Of a stretch of DNA of 64,000 nt, positions 25,072 through 39,170 are shown one piece after another (positions within the stretch are counted from its first letter, which is position 1; each line of letters starts with the position of its first letter). The position numbers and the translations under genes are program-made. This DNA comes from Squalus acanthias (Eukaryota). The notes beneath the pieces were generated by a model. That model was not told where the DNA came from. It worked only from the letters and a program-made list of their open reading frames with translations, and did not search any database. The DNA is taken from NCBI GenBank assembly GCA_030390025.1, contig CM059437.1:94054001-94118000 (forward strand), read 5' to 3'.

Positions 25072-27930
25072 ACGGTAGCATAGTGGTTATATTGCTGGAC
25101 TAGTAACCCAGAGTCCTGGACTAATGATCCGGAGATGCAAGTTCAAATCCCATTTCCCACTGCAGCTGGGGAATTTAAATTCAGTTAATTAAATAATCTG
25201 GAACAAAAAGCCAATATCAGTAATGGTGACCATGAAACCATCACATTGTCGTAAAAACCCATCTGGTTCACTAATGTCCTTACCTGGTCTGGCCTATGTG
25301 ACTCCAGACCCACAGCAATGTGCCACAGAATCATACCCTTCAGCCAATGTCCCAGATTCCTCCATCACCAGACCTGGGTATGTCCTGTCCCACCAGCAGG
25401 ACAGACCCACCAGAGGTGGCGGCACAGTGGTATACAGTCAGGAGGGAGTGGCCCTGGGAGTCCTCAACATTGACTCCGGACCCCCATGAAGTCTCATGGC
25501 TTCAGGTCAAGCACGGGCAAGGAAACCTCCTGCTGATTACCACCTACTCCCCTCCCTCAGCTGATGAATCAGTATTCCTCCATGTTAAACACCACTTGGA
25601 AGAATCACTGAGGGTAGCAAGGGCACAGAATGTATGCTGGGTGGGGGACCGAGCTGGCCGAGTCCTGAAGGACATAGCTGCCAGACGGTGAGAGAACCAA
25701 CACGAGGGGAAAAACCTACTTGACCAATCTACCTGTCGCAGATGCATCTGTCCATGACAGCATTGGTAGCAGTGACCACCGCACAGTCCTTGTGGAGACG
25801 AAATCACATCTTCAGAGGACACCCTCCACCGTGTTGTGTGGCACTACCACCGTGCTAAATGGGATAGATTCAGAACAGATCTAGCAGCTCAAAACTGGGC
25901 ATCCATGAGGCTCTGTGGGCCATCAGCAGCAGCAGAATTGTATTCCACCACAATCTGTAAACTCATGGCCCAGCATATCCCTCACTCTACCATTACCATC
26001 AAACAGGGGACCAACCCTGGTTCAATGAGGAGTGCAGAAGAGTATGCCAGGAGCAGCAACAGGCGTACCTAAAAATGAGGTGCCAACTGCAACACAGGAC
26101 TACATGCATGCTAAAAAGCAGAAGCAGCATGCTACAGACAGAGCTAAGCGATACCACAATCAACGGATCAGAACATAGCTCTGCAGTCCTTTCACATCCA
26201 GTCGTGAATGGTGGTGGACAATTAAACAACTAACGGGAGGCGGCGGCTCCAGGAATATCCCCATCCTCAATGATGACGGAGCCCAGCACTCGAGTGCAAA
26301 AGCCAAGGCTGAATCGTCTGCAATCATCTTCAGCCAGAAGTGCCGAGTGGATGATCCATATCGGCCTCCTCCTGAGGTCCCCACCATCACAGAAGCCAGT
26401 CTTCAGCCAATTCGATTTACTCCACATATCATCAAGAAACGGCTGAGCGCACTGGATACAGCAAAGTATATGGGCCCTGACAACATCCTGGCTGTCGTGC
26501 TGAAGACTTGTGCTCCAGAACTAGCCGCGCCTCTAGCCAAGCTGCTCCAGTACAGCTACGACAATGTGGAAAACTACCCAGGTATGTCCGGTCTACTCCA
26601 ATCTGGCCAATTACCGCCCCATCAGTCTACTCTCAATCATCAGCAAAGTGATGGAAGATGTCGTCGACAGAGCTATCAAGCGGCACTTACCAATGACCTG
26701 CTCACCGATGCTTAGTTTGGGTTCCGCCAAGATCACTCGGCTCCAGACCTCATTACAGCCTTGGTCCAAACATGGACAAAGGAGCTGAATTCCAGAGGTG
26801 AGGTAAGAGTGACTGCCCTTGACATCAAGGCAGCATTTGACCGAGTGAGGCATCAAGGAGCTCTAGTAAAATTGAAGTCAATGGGAATCAGGGGGAAAAC
26901 TCTCCACTGGCTGGAGTCATACCTAGCACAAAGGAAGATGGTTGTGGTTGTTGGAGGTCAATCATCACAGCCCCAGAACATTGCTGCAGGAGTTCCTCAG
27001 GGCAGTGTCCTGGGCCCAACCATCTTCAGCTGCTTCATCAATGACCTTCCCTCCATCATAAGGTCAGAAATGGGGATGTTCGCACAGTGTTCAGTTCCAT
27101 TTGCAACTCCTCAGATAATGAAGCAGTCCATGCCTGAATACAGCAAGACCTGGATGACATTCAAGCTTGGGCTGATAAGTGGCAGGTGTCAGGCAATGAC
27201 TATCTCCAACAAGAGAGTCTCTAATCACCGCCCCTTGACATTCAACAGCATTACCATCGCCGAATCCCCCACCACCTGGGGGTCACCATTGACCAGAAAC
27301 TTAACTGGACCAGCCACATAAATACTGTGGCTACAAGTGCAGGTCAGAGGCTAGGTATTCTGCGTCGAATGTCTCACCTCCTGACTCCCCAAAGCCTTTC
27401 CACCATCTACAAGGTACAAGTCAGGAGTGTGATGGAATACTCTCCACTTGCCTGGATGAGTGCAGCTCCAACAACACAAGAAGCTAGACACCATCCAGGA
27501 CAAAGCAGCCCACTTAATTGGCACCCCATCCACCACCTTAAATATTCACTCCCTCCACCACCAGCGCACCGTGGCTGCAGTGTGTACCATCTACAAGATG
27601 CACTGCAGCAACTCGCCAAGGCTTCTTCGACAGCACCTCCCAAATCCGCGACCTCTACCACCTAGAAGGACAAGGGCAGCAGGCGAATGGGAACACCACC
27701 ACCTGCAAGTTCCCCTCCAAGTTACACACCATCATGACTTGGAAGTATATTGTTGTTCCTTCATCGTCACTGGGTCAAAATCCTGGAACTCCCTCCCTAA
27801 CAGCACTGTGGGAATACCTTCACCACACAGACTGCAATGGTTCAAGAAGGCAGCTCACCAGCACCTTCTCAAGGGCAATTAGGGATGGGCAATAAATGCT
27901 GGCCTTGCCAGCGACGCCCACATCCCAGGA
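25072..27930 (+). mobile_element. Near-complete decayed non-LTR retrotransposon (CR1/L2 superfamily, APE + RT) preceded by a tRNA-like head
   Basis: APE motifs (PGYVLSH.QDRPTRGGG.VVY, TYSPPS, VGD); RT motifs (NYRPISLLSIISKVME, LDIKAAFDRV, GVPQGSVLGP); many frameshifts; tail CTTCTCAAGGGCAATTAGGGATGGGCAATAAATGCTGGCC. Confidence 0.9.
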
Positions 27931-27954
27931 ACAAATATTTTTTTTAAAATCAAA

Positions 27955-28185
27955 TCGGGAATTCTTTACCTAGAGAGTGGTGAGAATGTGGCGCTCCCAC
28001 AGGGAGTGGTTGAAATGAATAGTATAGATACATTTTCGGGGAAGCTAGATAAGCATGTGAGGGAGAATGGAATAGAGGGTTATGCTGATGGAGTTAGATG
28101 AGGAAGGATGGAAGGAGGCTCAAGTGGAGCATAAATGGACTGTTTGGGCTGAATGGCCTGTTTCTGTGCTGTATATTCTGTGTAT
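27955..28185 (+). mobile_element. CR1 3' fragment
   Basis: FFT.RVVRMW-like end and GGGCTGAATGGCCTGTTTCTGTGCTGTA tail. Confidence 0.75.
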
Positions 28186-29539
28186 TTCAGCTTGAGATAG
28201 AGCTACACAGCAGTGATGTGAATGCAACAGCCAAACACACAGTCACTTCAGTTTACTCCTGAGAGTGGAGTCACTTTTTTCCACTAAGAAAAATGGAATG
28301 ATTCAACAATTTGAATTGAGCAATGTAAATAATACAGCAAAGTGGGAGTTTATTACTGGAACAAATGAATCATCAGAGAGTAGTAATGAAGTGACTTTGA
28401 ATTAAGAGTAGTCTGTACTTCTTGCACAGGACACCAACCAAGCGGAATTTCTGTCTGGACTGGCAGGCCATCTCCTGCTCCTCGATTGCTCTATAGAAAT
28501 GGAATTTTTTGAAAAAGCTACGAAGTGCGCCGCAGAAAAGTTTAATCTATAACTTTGGAAGTAAAAAGAAAATTAATTAAAGATACTTGCTATATCCAAC
28601 TTATAAAAATAAAAAGTTTATGGAGATTGGTTACTGAAACTTCCCTTGGCCCAAAGTTCAGGAGTCTATATTGGGACTTGATGCTGGGACACTGGAAGTC
28701 TATGGGTCTACCTCAGAAAACTGTGGACTGATCAAAAAAATCCTAAGTTTTAACTGCTTGAGGAGGTGTCACCTTCTTCCTTCCTATTTTAGTCTCTAAA
28801 GGCTGCACCCTAAAACCAAGGAGGACAAGGAACATGCTCCTGACAGCTACCAAAAGCCTGCTGCCAAGAGGCATGCGATAGTGGCCCAATAAAGACTCTC
28901 TACATATTTATTCTTTCCTTTCTCCTTTTTCCCCTTATATTTAGTCATCTGGCCTGTCGCAGGCTCATCACTGCCTGAGAGCTGAGATTGTGAACCCAGA
29001 GTGGAGGGGCAAGGAGGAGAACACCATCACTCCACCAAACCACCCAAAAAATTTTAAAGCTACAGAGCGCAAATCCTCATTTGCAAGCTACATCAGCACA
29101 AGATAATGTCATCACATTGTGCTCTTGATTTACGATTGTTTTAACAGTATGTTGGAAACCGATGATAACCTTTGCATTTGCTGCATATTTCTGCTGGACA
29201 ACTTTCTGCAATGTATCTGGGATTCCCTTCTGTCTTGACGCTACAGCAACTGGTCACCTCAAGAATTCATGTAACAAAAGTTGTATTGGAAACTGTCCTT
29301 ATTACCCTTCAAAAAAATCTTTTAAATTGGCGACGTCCCATGAGCAACCTAATTTTTTTTTAAACCCTGGAATTTCCAGTAAGAACTTTGTTAAATGTGA
29401 TACAATATTCTCAACATTTTATGCTCAAATCAAGATGGTTGAACTTAGACAAAACGGGCACAAAAACTGATCCACATCGGCGATGGTCAACACTGGCCTC
29501 GTCTTGCCACATCAGAAGATAATGTTGCATTGGAACAGT

Positions 29540-29935
29540 AGGGCTATTCAGCCCCTCGAGCCTGTTTCACCCTTCAATTAGATCACGATTGATCTGTATT
29601 TCAACTCCACTTACCCGCCTTAGCTCCCTATCCCTCGATACCCTTACCCAACAAAAATCTAGCAATCCGTCTTGAAAGCTCCAATTGTCCCCCAGCATCC
29701 ACAGCCTTTTTGGGGGGGGGGGGGGGGGGGGGGAAGAGAATTCCAGATTTCTGCTACCCTTTGTGTAAAAAAGTGCTTCCCGATTTCCCTCTTGAATGGC
29801 CTAGCTCTGGTTTTAAGATTATGCCCCCTCGTTCTTGATTCTCCCATCAAAGGAAATAGTTTCTCTGTATCTACCCTATCGAATCCTTTTAACATTATAA
29901 AACACCTCGAGCAGATCACCCTTCAAACTTCTCAT
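29540..29935 (-). mobile_element. CR1 3' fragment
   Basis: GFDRVDTEKLFPL.GESRTRGH..FFTQRVAEIWNSLP. Confidence 0.85.
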
Positions 29936-31949
29936 GAATAGGTATTGCACAGTTTGTCTGTAGCTCCATCAATCATTGACTTAGTCATGTGTGCAAGTTG
30001 TATAACACAGATCTTTTGAATACCGGGGACACGTGTATTTTTACAACCAGATTTGGATATTAAAATCTGCAATGACATCAAAAAAGCTCCATTGCCTCTT
30101 CTTGGTGAGCAATCAGCTTGGTTTTAAAATCAAGAACAAAACCGGAGTGGCTTTCAAAAACATTCAACTTCTAACACAAAGTCAAATAAAAGTAATGGAG
30201 AACAAGACACTACGGAAATGCCACACCCAAATCCTAAACAAGTTAGGCAGACGTCATGACTCTGGTTAAAGAGCTTTCACCGCCTTCTTACCCATTGCGC
30301 CATTCTAATCTGTACACAAGTTTGAACATCAATAAAAATGGCCTTGGAATTACTTGGACAGTCCTGGGAGGGTGAGATTCAACTGTGAACCAATAGTTCT
30401 GAGGGGACAGTTTGTGCCAAACATTGGCAAGATAAAAAATGTATTTGGACAGGAAGTTGGCGCAAGGTCTACCATCCTGCTCAGTTTATTCATCAGTAGG
30501 GGACACCCGACAATATGCCCTTTACAACAAACAGAAATCAGATTTCGGTGCTGCTTATCCTCCTCTTCGCTTTGATTTATCAATTTACCTCATGTCAGAT
30601 GGCGAATGGAGGAGTGTAGGGTTTCAATCAAACTAGTTATACCAACTGGCTTTGAATATGCTGCACTTCAGACTGGATTTAAATTAATAATGAGGCTGGA
30701 GCACTTAAATGTGCAACTGATAACTAACCCAAGTCAATTCATACTTCGTACAGGCTGCTCTTCATTTCTGGAAAACTAAATCTACAAGCACAAACTGCAC
30801 AGATTCAGATTTAATGGTTTTAAAAATCCTGTCCTTTAGGCCATAGAATATTGATTTAAGTGGAGTGCAGTCCAGTGTTAATGGACCCTCGGCACTTGCC
30901 TCCAGACATATAAAAGGGCTGAGTTCCAAACCTCCAGACATATAAAGGGCTTTTAGTTCCAAAGAACAATGCGAGCCTATTACCTTGATCAAACATAGTT
31001 GCCCTTTCTTTACTTTCAGCTACTGCCCCACCCTTTTAAAACAAACAGCAAATCGAAACACAAAAAAAGGAATCATATTTTGTTACAACAAAAAGGCAAA
31101 AGACATTCAAGATGCATAACTCCCTACTAAATTATAAGTACTTCACTAACAATTGTGGAGTTTAGTTTCGCATATATTGTTTATTATATGGAATGGCTTC
31201 TAAAGATAAATAAGGATTATTTGTAAAGTGATATTTTCTGAACAAAGGATGGCTGTGATAAAAATAAGGTTAATACTTGGTTCAAATGTGAAAAATGAAA
31301 AAAATGCAGTTGTAAAGGCCAATCCTTTTAGCTGAGATGCACAAACTGATCCACAACCAGTCAGTCACATTATTAAATAAATATCTGTTAACTGGTTAAA
31401 TAGATTAATAAGGTTTCTAAACTCAAAACGTAGCAGTTAACTGCTAACCTGTCCCACTAGGGATACTCATGTACCAAGGTTTCCGATCAATTAACCCACT
31501 TACTGGAGAATGCAGACTCTGATCTCCAGATTCTGCCCCGGGAAACAATGAGCAGGAAGAAAGAATAATTATCTATATAGATTGGGTTTTTGGAGCTGGG
31601 AGACACTTAATTATAATGCACTCGGAATGTGTAAGTTGCAATTGTGATAGATCTATGTCTTATGGTGCATTTATACCACATTGGTGCAAAGGGGTTCACT
31701 TTGCACGGACACTACAGCTATAGTGTAAATGCAGCCTGAATCCAGAGTCCTTAGTAAACCTCCCTGGAGAAAAGCATCTCACTCTGCTCCTGGAGTCAGT
31801 TCAGTTTTCAACACCACATTTACACTACACAAGATGAGCATTGGTGTGAAGCCAGAACTACTTTGCAGTGATGCAAAACTTAGTGTAATTGCACACAAAA
31901 GAACAGAAAGGCTTCTTCCCTGACAGCTCAGAGGTAAAGCCATAGTCTC

Positions 31950-32150
31950 CAAGTCATACCTTTCTTCTTCGTCGTCACTGGGTCAAAATCCTGCAACTCC
32001 TTCCCTAACAGCAGTGTGAGAGTACCTTCACCACACGGACTGCAGCGGTTTAAGAAGGTGGCTCATCACCACCGTCTCAAGGGCAAATAGGAATGGCCAA
32101 TAAATGCCAGCCTTGCCAGCAACGCCCATATCCTAAGAATGAATTTAAAA
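31950..32150 (+). mobile_element. 3' tail of the 25072-27930 LINE family (further tail copies at 4520-4645, 19980-20045 and 41235-41470)
   Basis: GTCACTGGGTCAAAATCCTG..CTGCAGCGGTT.AAGAAGG..CTCAAGGGCAA match. Confidence 0.8.
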
Positions 32151-34069
32151 TATACAGACTACAAAGACAGCAGCTTGCTATGTCTGATCTCAGATAGCAG
32201 CAGGCACGCGGCAGTTGGCCAAAGCTCTCTTGAATTAGACACAGCAGGGGCTTGAGGAGGGATGAGGAGGAGGGTGGGGGGGGGGGGTGGAAAGAACAGG
32301 AATGTAGCGATCTCTCTCGATCACTACACAGTGACCCGTGTGTGGACGTCTGCTGACAAATTGTGGCTGGGATGGGAGATGCTCCACAGCCAGATGATAT
32401 ATCAACACTTGCCGTCAAGGCTCACAGATGAATAATTGCCATTTGAATGAGGTTATCGGAGGCCATGGGCTGCCTATGGAACAATAAATGAGTCAATAGC
32501 TTCAGGAGAGGTAAATAGACCCAGCTATCAAGCTAATACTACATTCTACAAAGACCAGTTGAATTCCACTGATAACCTTCCTCAGCTCCCAAAGAACTAG
32601 ACCTACAATGTTTGGTGGATAACTGGATCATCTATCTGCATTTATTCTTACAACAGAGATGCCGAAAGTTTTGGAAACTCAAAAGGGAAAAGAAATTCAG
32701 GCGCCACGTTTTACTGAAAAATGTGGAAAATATCTACAAAATACTGCAAGTGGGTATCTCTGCATAAATCTTCAATGCTTTTCTTAATCATCTATTTTGA
32801 TAGGGGTATATTGCAGATTTTTTAAATTAAAGGAACCAAAACGTGAAGGGTGAAGGCCCATATTGCGGGACAGAGTAATGTTGAAAGGGGTGAAAAAGAC
32901 AAAGTAAATCATAAAGTAATGATTTAGTGGCATCAAGCTAGGGTTTTCAAAAAGCCTGAAGATGGCAGGAGGAAGGCGAGAAAGATTGTTCAGAGACACT
33001 GTAAAGAAAGAGTTACAGTAGGAGACTGTGCGTTGCGTGAGGGTGTGGGGAGGAGAGTGTATGTGGAGCCTGGGAGGAACAATCCACACCACTAATACGA
33101 GGGTGCAGGGGAACACGTCTTCTAATCTCACTTGAAGCTTGCGGATTTGTCCCATCGCCACTGTCCTGTGACTGTAATAACCTGCTACATCCACATTATC
33201 TTAGCTTTTCAGCATTTAAAAAGACTTGCATTTATACTGCGCTTTTCACGACCTCCAGACGTCCCAAAGCTCTTCACAGCCAATGAAGTGCTTTTTGCGT
33301 GTAGTCACTGTTGTAATGTAGGAAACATTTTTTAAAAGCCTTGCCCCTTCCTCAATAAGAACAAAAAAAACCATCTCGTGTTGTCACTGGGATTTTAGAT
33401 GTGTCAGATTTTCATACCGAGTCTACTCAGTCCGTGAAAAACAGCCTGTGGTACAATTATACATTTTGACTTTCAAATACTACTTGACGTCTGAAAATGC
33501 ATTTTGAACTAATACATAGCATAAAGGTCAGTTTTGTCAGTACACTGTGGCACTGAATTATTTAAACTTGAAAGGGTTTCTGTGGTGGCTACAGTGTCAC
33601 TGGTGGTGGAAGTGATGAGGTGATAAAATAAGCATTACATTATATTAGTACAAGTAATTTTTTTGCAATACGCTAAATAAGACAAAACTGACTTCTGTCT
33701 GCCTACCTGCATGTAACTTATTTTGTCGAAGCCCTAGACTATTCTTTTCAATCAGGAAGACAAGCCAATAAAAACTCAAAACAGGTCAGTTTATCCATAA
33801 ATGCTCATCAACTGGATCCCTAGGTCTGTGCAAGCAAAGTACTCGAACTCCTCTTTCATCATTAACAGAAACCCTTTCAGGTTTAAATAATTCAGTGCCA
33901 CAATATACTGACAAAGCTGGCTGGGAACATCAAGGACAATCAATCAATAACAAACCGGAGCCAAATTGCCATCAAACAGGATACTCAAAGCAGCAGAGAC
34001 AATGGCTAAAATCCAAAAGCCACCTCACCTTTCACTGAACATACGTTTACCCTGTTTCTAGCATCACTT

Positions 34070-35352
34070 GGCGACCAGATTAAGAAGAACCACCATTCCA
34101 AATGGATGGCGAAAGATAGAGAGTAAGTTGAAGCAGAAAAGGGGGCGTATGACAGATGTCAGGTCGGGAATATATGAGAATCAGGCTAAATATAGAAAGT
34201 TCAGAGAAGTGAAAAAGAAAAGAGGGGCAAAGAGCAGGTATGGGAATAGAATGGCAGCTAACATAAAAGGTAATCCAAAAGTCTTCTATAGGCATATAAA
34301 TAGTAAACGGGTAGTAAGAGGAGGGGTGGGGCCGATTAGGGACCAAAAAGGAGACCTACGCATGGAGGCAGAGGGTATGGTTGAGGTGCTAAATGAGTAC
34401 TTTGCATCTTTCTTCACCAAGGAAGATGATGCTGCCATAGACATAGTGAAGGAGGAGGTAGAGGAGATACTGGATGGGATAAAAATTGATAAACAGGAGG
34501 TACTAGAAAGGCTGGCTGTACTTAAAAGTAGATAAGTCACCAGGACCAGATGGGCTGCATCCTAGGACGCTGAGGGAGGTGAAAGAAGAAATCGCGGAGG
34601 TACTGGCCATAATCTTCCAATCCTCCTTAGGAACGGGGGTGATGCCAGAGGACTGGAGAATTGCAAATGTTACAGCCTCGCTCAAAAAAGGGTGTAAAGA
34701 TAAACCCAGCAACTACAGGCCAGTCAGTTTAACCTCAGTAGTGGGGAAGCTTTTAGAAACAGTAATCAGGGACAAAATTAAAAGTCACTTGGATAGGTGT
34801 GGATTAATTAAGGAAAGCCAGCACGGATTTGTAAAAGGCAAATTGTGTTTAACCAACTTGATCGCGTTTTTTGATGAGGTAACAGAGAGGGTTGATGAGG
34901 GCAATGTGGTTGACGTGGTGTACATGGATTTCCAAAAGGCGTTCGACAAGGTGCCACATAAATAGGCTTGCCAGCAAAGTTGAAGGCCATGGAATAAAGG
35001 GGACAGTGGCAGCACGGATACGAAAGTGGCTAAGTGACAGGAAACAGAGAGTAGTGGTGAACGGTTGTTTTTCGGACTGGAGGAAAATATACAGTGGTGT
35101 TCCCCAGGGGTCGGTACTAAGACCTCTGCTTTTCTATATATATGACTTGGATGTGGCTGTACAGGGCACAATTTCAAAATTTGCAGATGACACAAAACTT
35201 GGAAGTATAATGAACAGTAAGCAGGATAGTGATAGACTTGAAGAGGACAGACAGGCTGGTGGAATGGGTGGACACGTGGCAGATCAAATTTAACACAGAA
35301 AAGTGCAAAGTTATACATTTTGGTAGAAAGAATGAAGAGAGGAAATATAAAC
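34070..35352 (+). mobile_element. CR1 LINE ORF2 fragment, running into an assembly gap
   Basis: NIKGNPKVFY, PEDWRIANVT, NYRPVSLTSVVGK, YMDFQKAFDKVPH and KFADDTK motifs. Confidence 0.95.
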
Positions 35353-35383
35353 CAAAGTGGGATGGGGGGGGGGGGGGGGGGGG

Positions 35384-35883
35384 NNNNNNNNNNNNNNNNN
35401 NNNNNNNNNNNNNNNNNNNNNNNNNNNNNNNNNNNNNNNNNNNNNNNNNNNNNNNNNNNNNNNNNNNNNNNNNNNNNNNNNNNNNNNNNNNNNNNNNNNN
35501 NNNNNNNNNNNNNNNNNNNNNNNNNNNNNNNNNNNNNNNNNNNNNNNNNNNNNNNNNNNNNNNNNNNNNNNNNNNNNNNNNNNNNNNNNNNNNNNNNNNN
35601 NNNNNNNNNNNNNNNNNNNNNNNNNNNNNNNNNNNNNNNNNNNNNNNNNNNNNNNNNNNNNNNNNNNNNNNNNNNNNNNNNNNNNNNNNNNNNNNNNNNN
35701 NNNNNNNNNNNNNNNNNNNNNNNNNNNNNNNNNNNNNNNNNNNNNNNNNNNNNNNNNNNNNNNNNNNNNNNNNNNNNNNNNNNNNNNNNNNNNNNNNNNN
35801 NNNNNNNNNNNNNNNNNNNNNNNNNNNNNNNNNNNNNNNNNNNNNNNNNNNNNNNNNNNNNNNNNNNNNNNNNNNNNNNNNNN
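35384..35883. other. Assembly gap (500 N) after a poly-G run
   Basis: Run of N. Confidence 0.99.
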
Positions 35884-38499
35884 GGTGGGTGGAGAGGAGG
35901 GATAGAGGGGGAGGGGGACTTCTATTTCTACAGCGCCTTTCAGGACCTCAGGACGTTCCAAAGCACTTTACAGCCAATGAAGTACTTTTGGAGTGCAGTC
36001 ACTGTTGTAATGTAGGAAACGCAGCCTCCTTCTGCACTGTAAAACTATAATTCTATACGGTGACAATCATCACGTGTAATGTAGGAAACATTAATATCCG
36101 AACTTGATACTGAAAATATGCTTGTTGGCTCATGGAGGGCAGTGTGACATTCCACAATGCTGCCCAAAATAACCACTGATGTGGCGTATATACTCACATC
36201 ACACACTATTTCAGAAAGTGCCCGAATACCGAGAAATTCAAGCCTAATGGATCCCACTATAAACAGCCAGCACGTTTTTGTTGACTCCCTAACTCAGGAT
36301 TTCTTCATACAATTTGTGATCACTTCATTTATGAAATACTACCACTGTAATCTTAATTTAAGATGCTGTATTAAAGCCTCAATGGTTCCTTGAGTTTATC
36401 CAGTGAGTAGCGGATCCAGACAGACCCGCAAGGTCCCAAGTATGATCCTCAACCTGCGCGGAGTTACTTGATCTCGACCAGCAGGCTGCAGGAATGCTGT
36501 AATTAACCTCAGTCCCTCTCGATTTTGAAAGGTGGGAGGAAGTAATCAACCAGACATTCTCAATCCCGATCACTCTACAGCAACCCTGCTGGAAGTGCTC
36601 GTGTGTGAACAAGATCAGGTTCAGCGGCAATACTCCCACAGTCAAATAGCCTGTCGACACGCACTGTCAACATCACACAAATAATGGCCATTTGGGGATG
36701 AAGGGCAGTAAATTGAGAGCTTAAAACCGAGAAAGGGGGAAAAAAAACAGAATGGGAAGAGAGTGAGTGAGAGGGGAGACACTCGTCAGACAAGAGGACA
36801 AGTGAAGTGTTTGAAGAACCTCCCAGATATAGGACCAGTATGAGGCGTGAACAGACTTGGGCTTTAAAGTGTTAAGAATTATTGAAGAAAACTAAACTTC
36901 CTCGATGCAGCAGCAATGGAGATGTCGACTTTAATTTGAGGTTACAGGAGAAAGAGAGGTTAAGAGTGTTGGCAGATCAAGGAGGACGAAGGGTGGGACA
37001 AAAAGGTAAGAGGTGATAGCCGCCGGATATATTGAAGAAGCATGAAGAAACATTGAAGAACTGAACGAAACAAGATTTTCATTGCACTACTGAAGGCATA
37101 GAGAAGATCGAGATGTGTTGGGTCAATACACTGAGGGGGGGGGGGGTGGGGGCTTCAGGTTGTAAATACTGAGGGAGTGTGACCTGAAAGAACTTGATGA
37201 ATCTAGAGTATAATCATCAACAAAACAATGGCTAGGGTCGGATAATGAATCAAGCAGATTATTGATGTGAAGGAGGAGCAAAACGGCAGAGACAGCAGAG
37301 ACCTGGGAGCCCGGTTAATGGTAAAAGGGCAGTCATTAACTACAAAACACACAAAAGAAACCAACTCAAATAGAAATGAGATAGTCATGAATATAACATA
37401 GAAAACAGAAAAATAGGAGCAGGAGTAGGCCATTCAGCCCTTCGAGCCTGCTCCGCCATTCAATATCATGGCTGATCCTCTATCTCAATACCATATTCCT
37501 GCTCTCTCCCCATACCCCTTGATGCCTGGAGGGTGATTATATGATAAGTTGTTTAGCAGCGCACAGTGTCTGCCTCACCCTCTGAACGCCAGTGAGACAG
37601 CTATGCTGAAAGCTGTACTGGTTTCATGGATTACTCCAGGACTTTCAAAGTGAGGAATAATTTGAAAATTAAAAACAGCTTCCAGAACTAGAAGCTAGAA
37701 ATAGTGCTGAAGAGGAGACGACAGGTTCAGAGTATTCTTCTAGATAGGAGACAATGGTCAGAGACAGTACAAGAGTTAGAATTGGAGGGGAAGGAAAGTC
37801 CTACATTATCTGATTTCAGGGTAAGACTAAATGATGAGTTGTTAGTCATTCAGGTTGACAATGCCTGTGTTAGCTGGATCAGCACAGGCAACGCTGATGG
37901 TGAGCACTGAAGTCATCAAAAGGAGAAATTAAAAATTGATAGGATTAAATTGTTTGAAATCAATATTTAAAAGGACAAATATAGATATAATTAATGAGGT
38001 GGGAGGGCAGATAAAATCTTAGCCACATATCAAAGTATGATTCAAAGGAGCACAGCAAGCACATCAGAACATAAACAAAGACTCACACATTGGAAGGTAT
38101 AACAGAAAGTCCAAGAAGGAAATCACTAAAAAAAACAATGCAATTTGATAAACAATTGGCCACAAATCTGATCCAAACAAAACATATTTTGGCATTTTAA
38201 AATCTATATAGAAAATCATAAAAATTATATACATTAATTCATGTAAATATCTACATAGCTATATAGATAAATAATGTGCAATAGTTCAATAATCAGGACA
38301 TTAATGGAAATAGTTAGAAACCCAAACAGCAATGTGACCCGCACAATGCTCATTTCTTTCCTATTTTCTTGCCCATTGCCTCCCTCCCTCCTTCAGCCCT
38401 TCTTACAAGCTTTTAAATCCCGAGCTTGGTCACTAACACTCGACCTTCCCTCCTGCTATTCGCCATTCTGCTGTGGAAAACCTTCTCCCACCAGACACA

Positions 38500-39170
38500 G
38501 ACACAGAGTCTGCTGCTGTGGCCGAGGGACGGGGCGGGATTCACCCCCACAGCGACAGGGGAGAGAGAAAGGGAGACAGACCGACCCTCTGGAGCCCCTC
38601 ACCCAGCCCCAGCCCCAGCCTCTCCCTACCCTACCCCCAGGCCCCGGCGTTAGGCCGCAACAAGGTGTGTGTGAGGGGTGAAAAATAATTTTAAAAGCCG
38701 CCGACCCCTCTCCCCGCGACGGCAGACGGCCGAGCAGAGCCGCTCCCCGGTTCGCCGCCGTCCTGAAGCCCTCCCGCGGCGCCGACATTTACCGTCCGGG
38801 CGGTCCGGCCATACGTGGCTTGTTTGCTCCGTCAGCATTGGCCTTCCCCCGTCCCCTGGATACACGGGCCCTCCCGCTGTTGATGCGCAGCCTCCGCCAA
38901 CAAACACTGGCTTATTTTAAAATATAAAATAATTAATAACCGGAAGAGTTTGCAATCGATTTTATTTTTCAAATACCTGCAATAATCATTTTATTATTTT
39001 TAAAAAAGGTTCTTCTTTTCCTTGCACCCACCTGGGGGGAAATCCAAGCCACCGGCTGACTGAGGAGGACGGACCTTTCCGGTTGAGGCTGCGCTGTGAT
39101 TGACAGGTGGAGGGAGCCCAGTTTCTGCTCCAGTCCAGCAGCCTTGACAAGGCTCAGCCCTATCAGTGGC
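38500..39170 (-). promoter_or_regulatory. GOLGA3: CpG island; probable GOLGA3 promoter and non-coding exon 1
   Basis: Sharp GC/CpG-rich island in AT-rich DNA; minus-strand donor candidates CG|GTAAAT (38792) and GG|GTGAGG (38602); CCAAT (~38836), ETS-type CCGGAAG (~38940) and TGATTGACAG (39097-39106, PBX/PKNOX-type). The TSS cannot be determined from sequence. Confidence 0.65.

Noticed and set aside
35229-36050. Long ORFs spanning N runs (also 2426-3082)
   Set aside because: Artefacts of translating assembly gaps.
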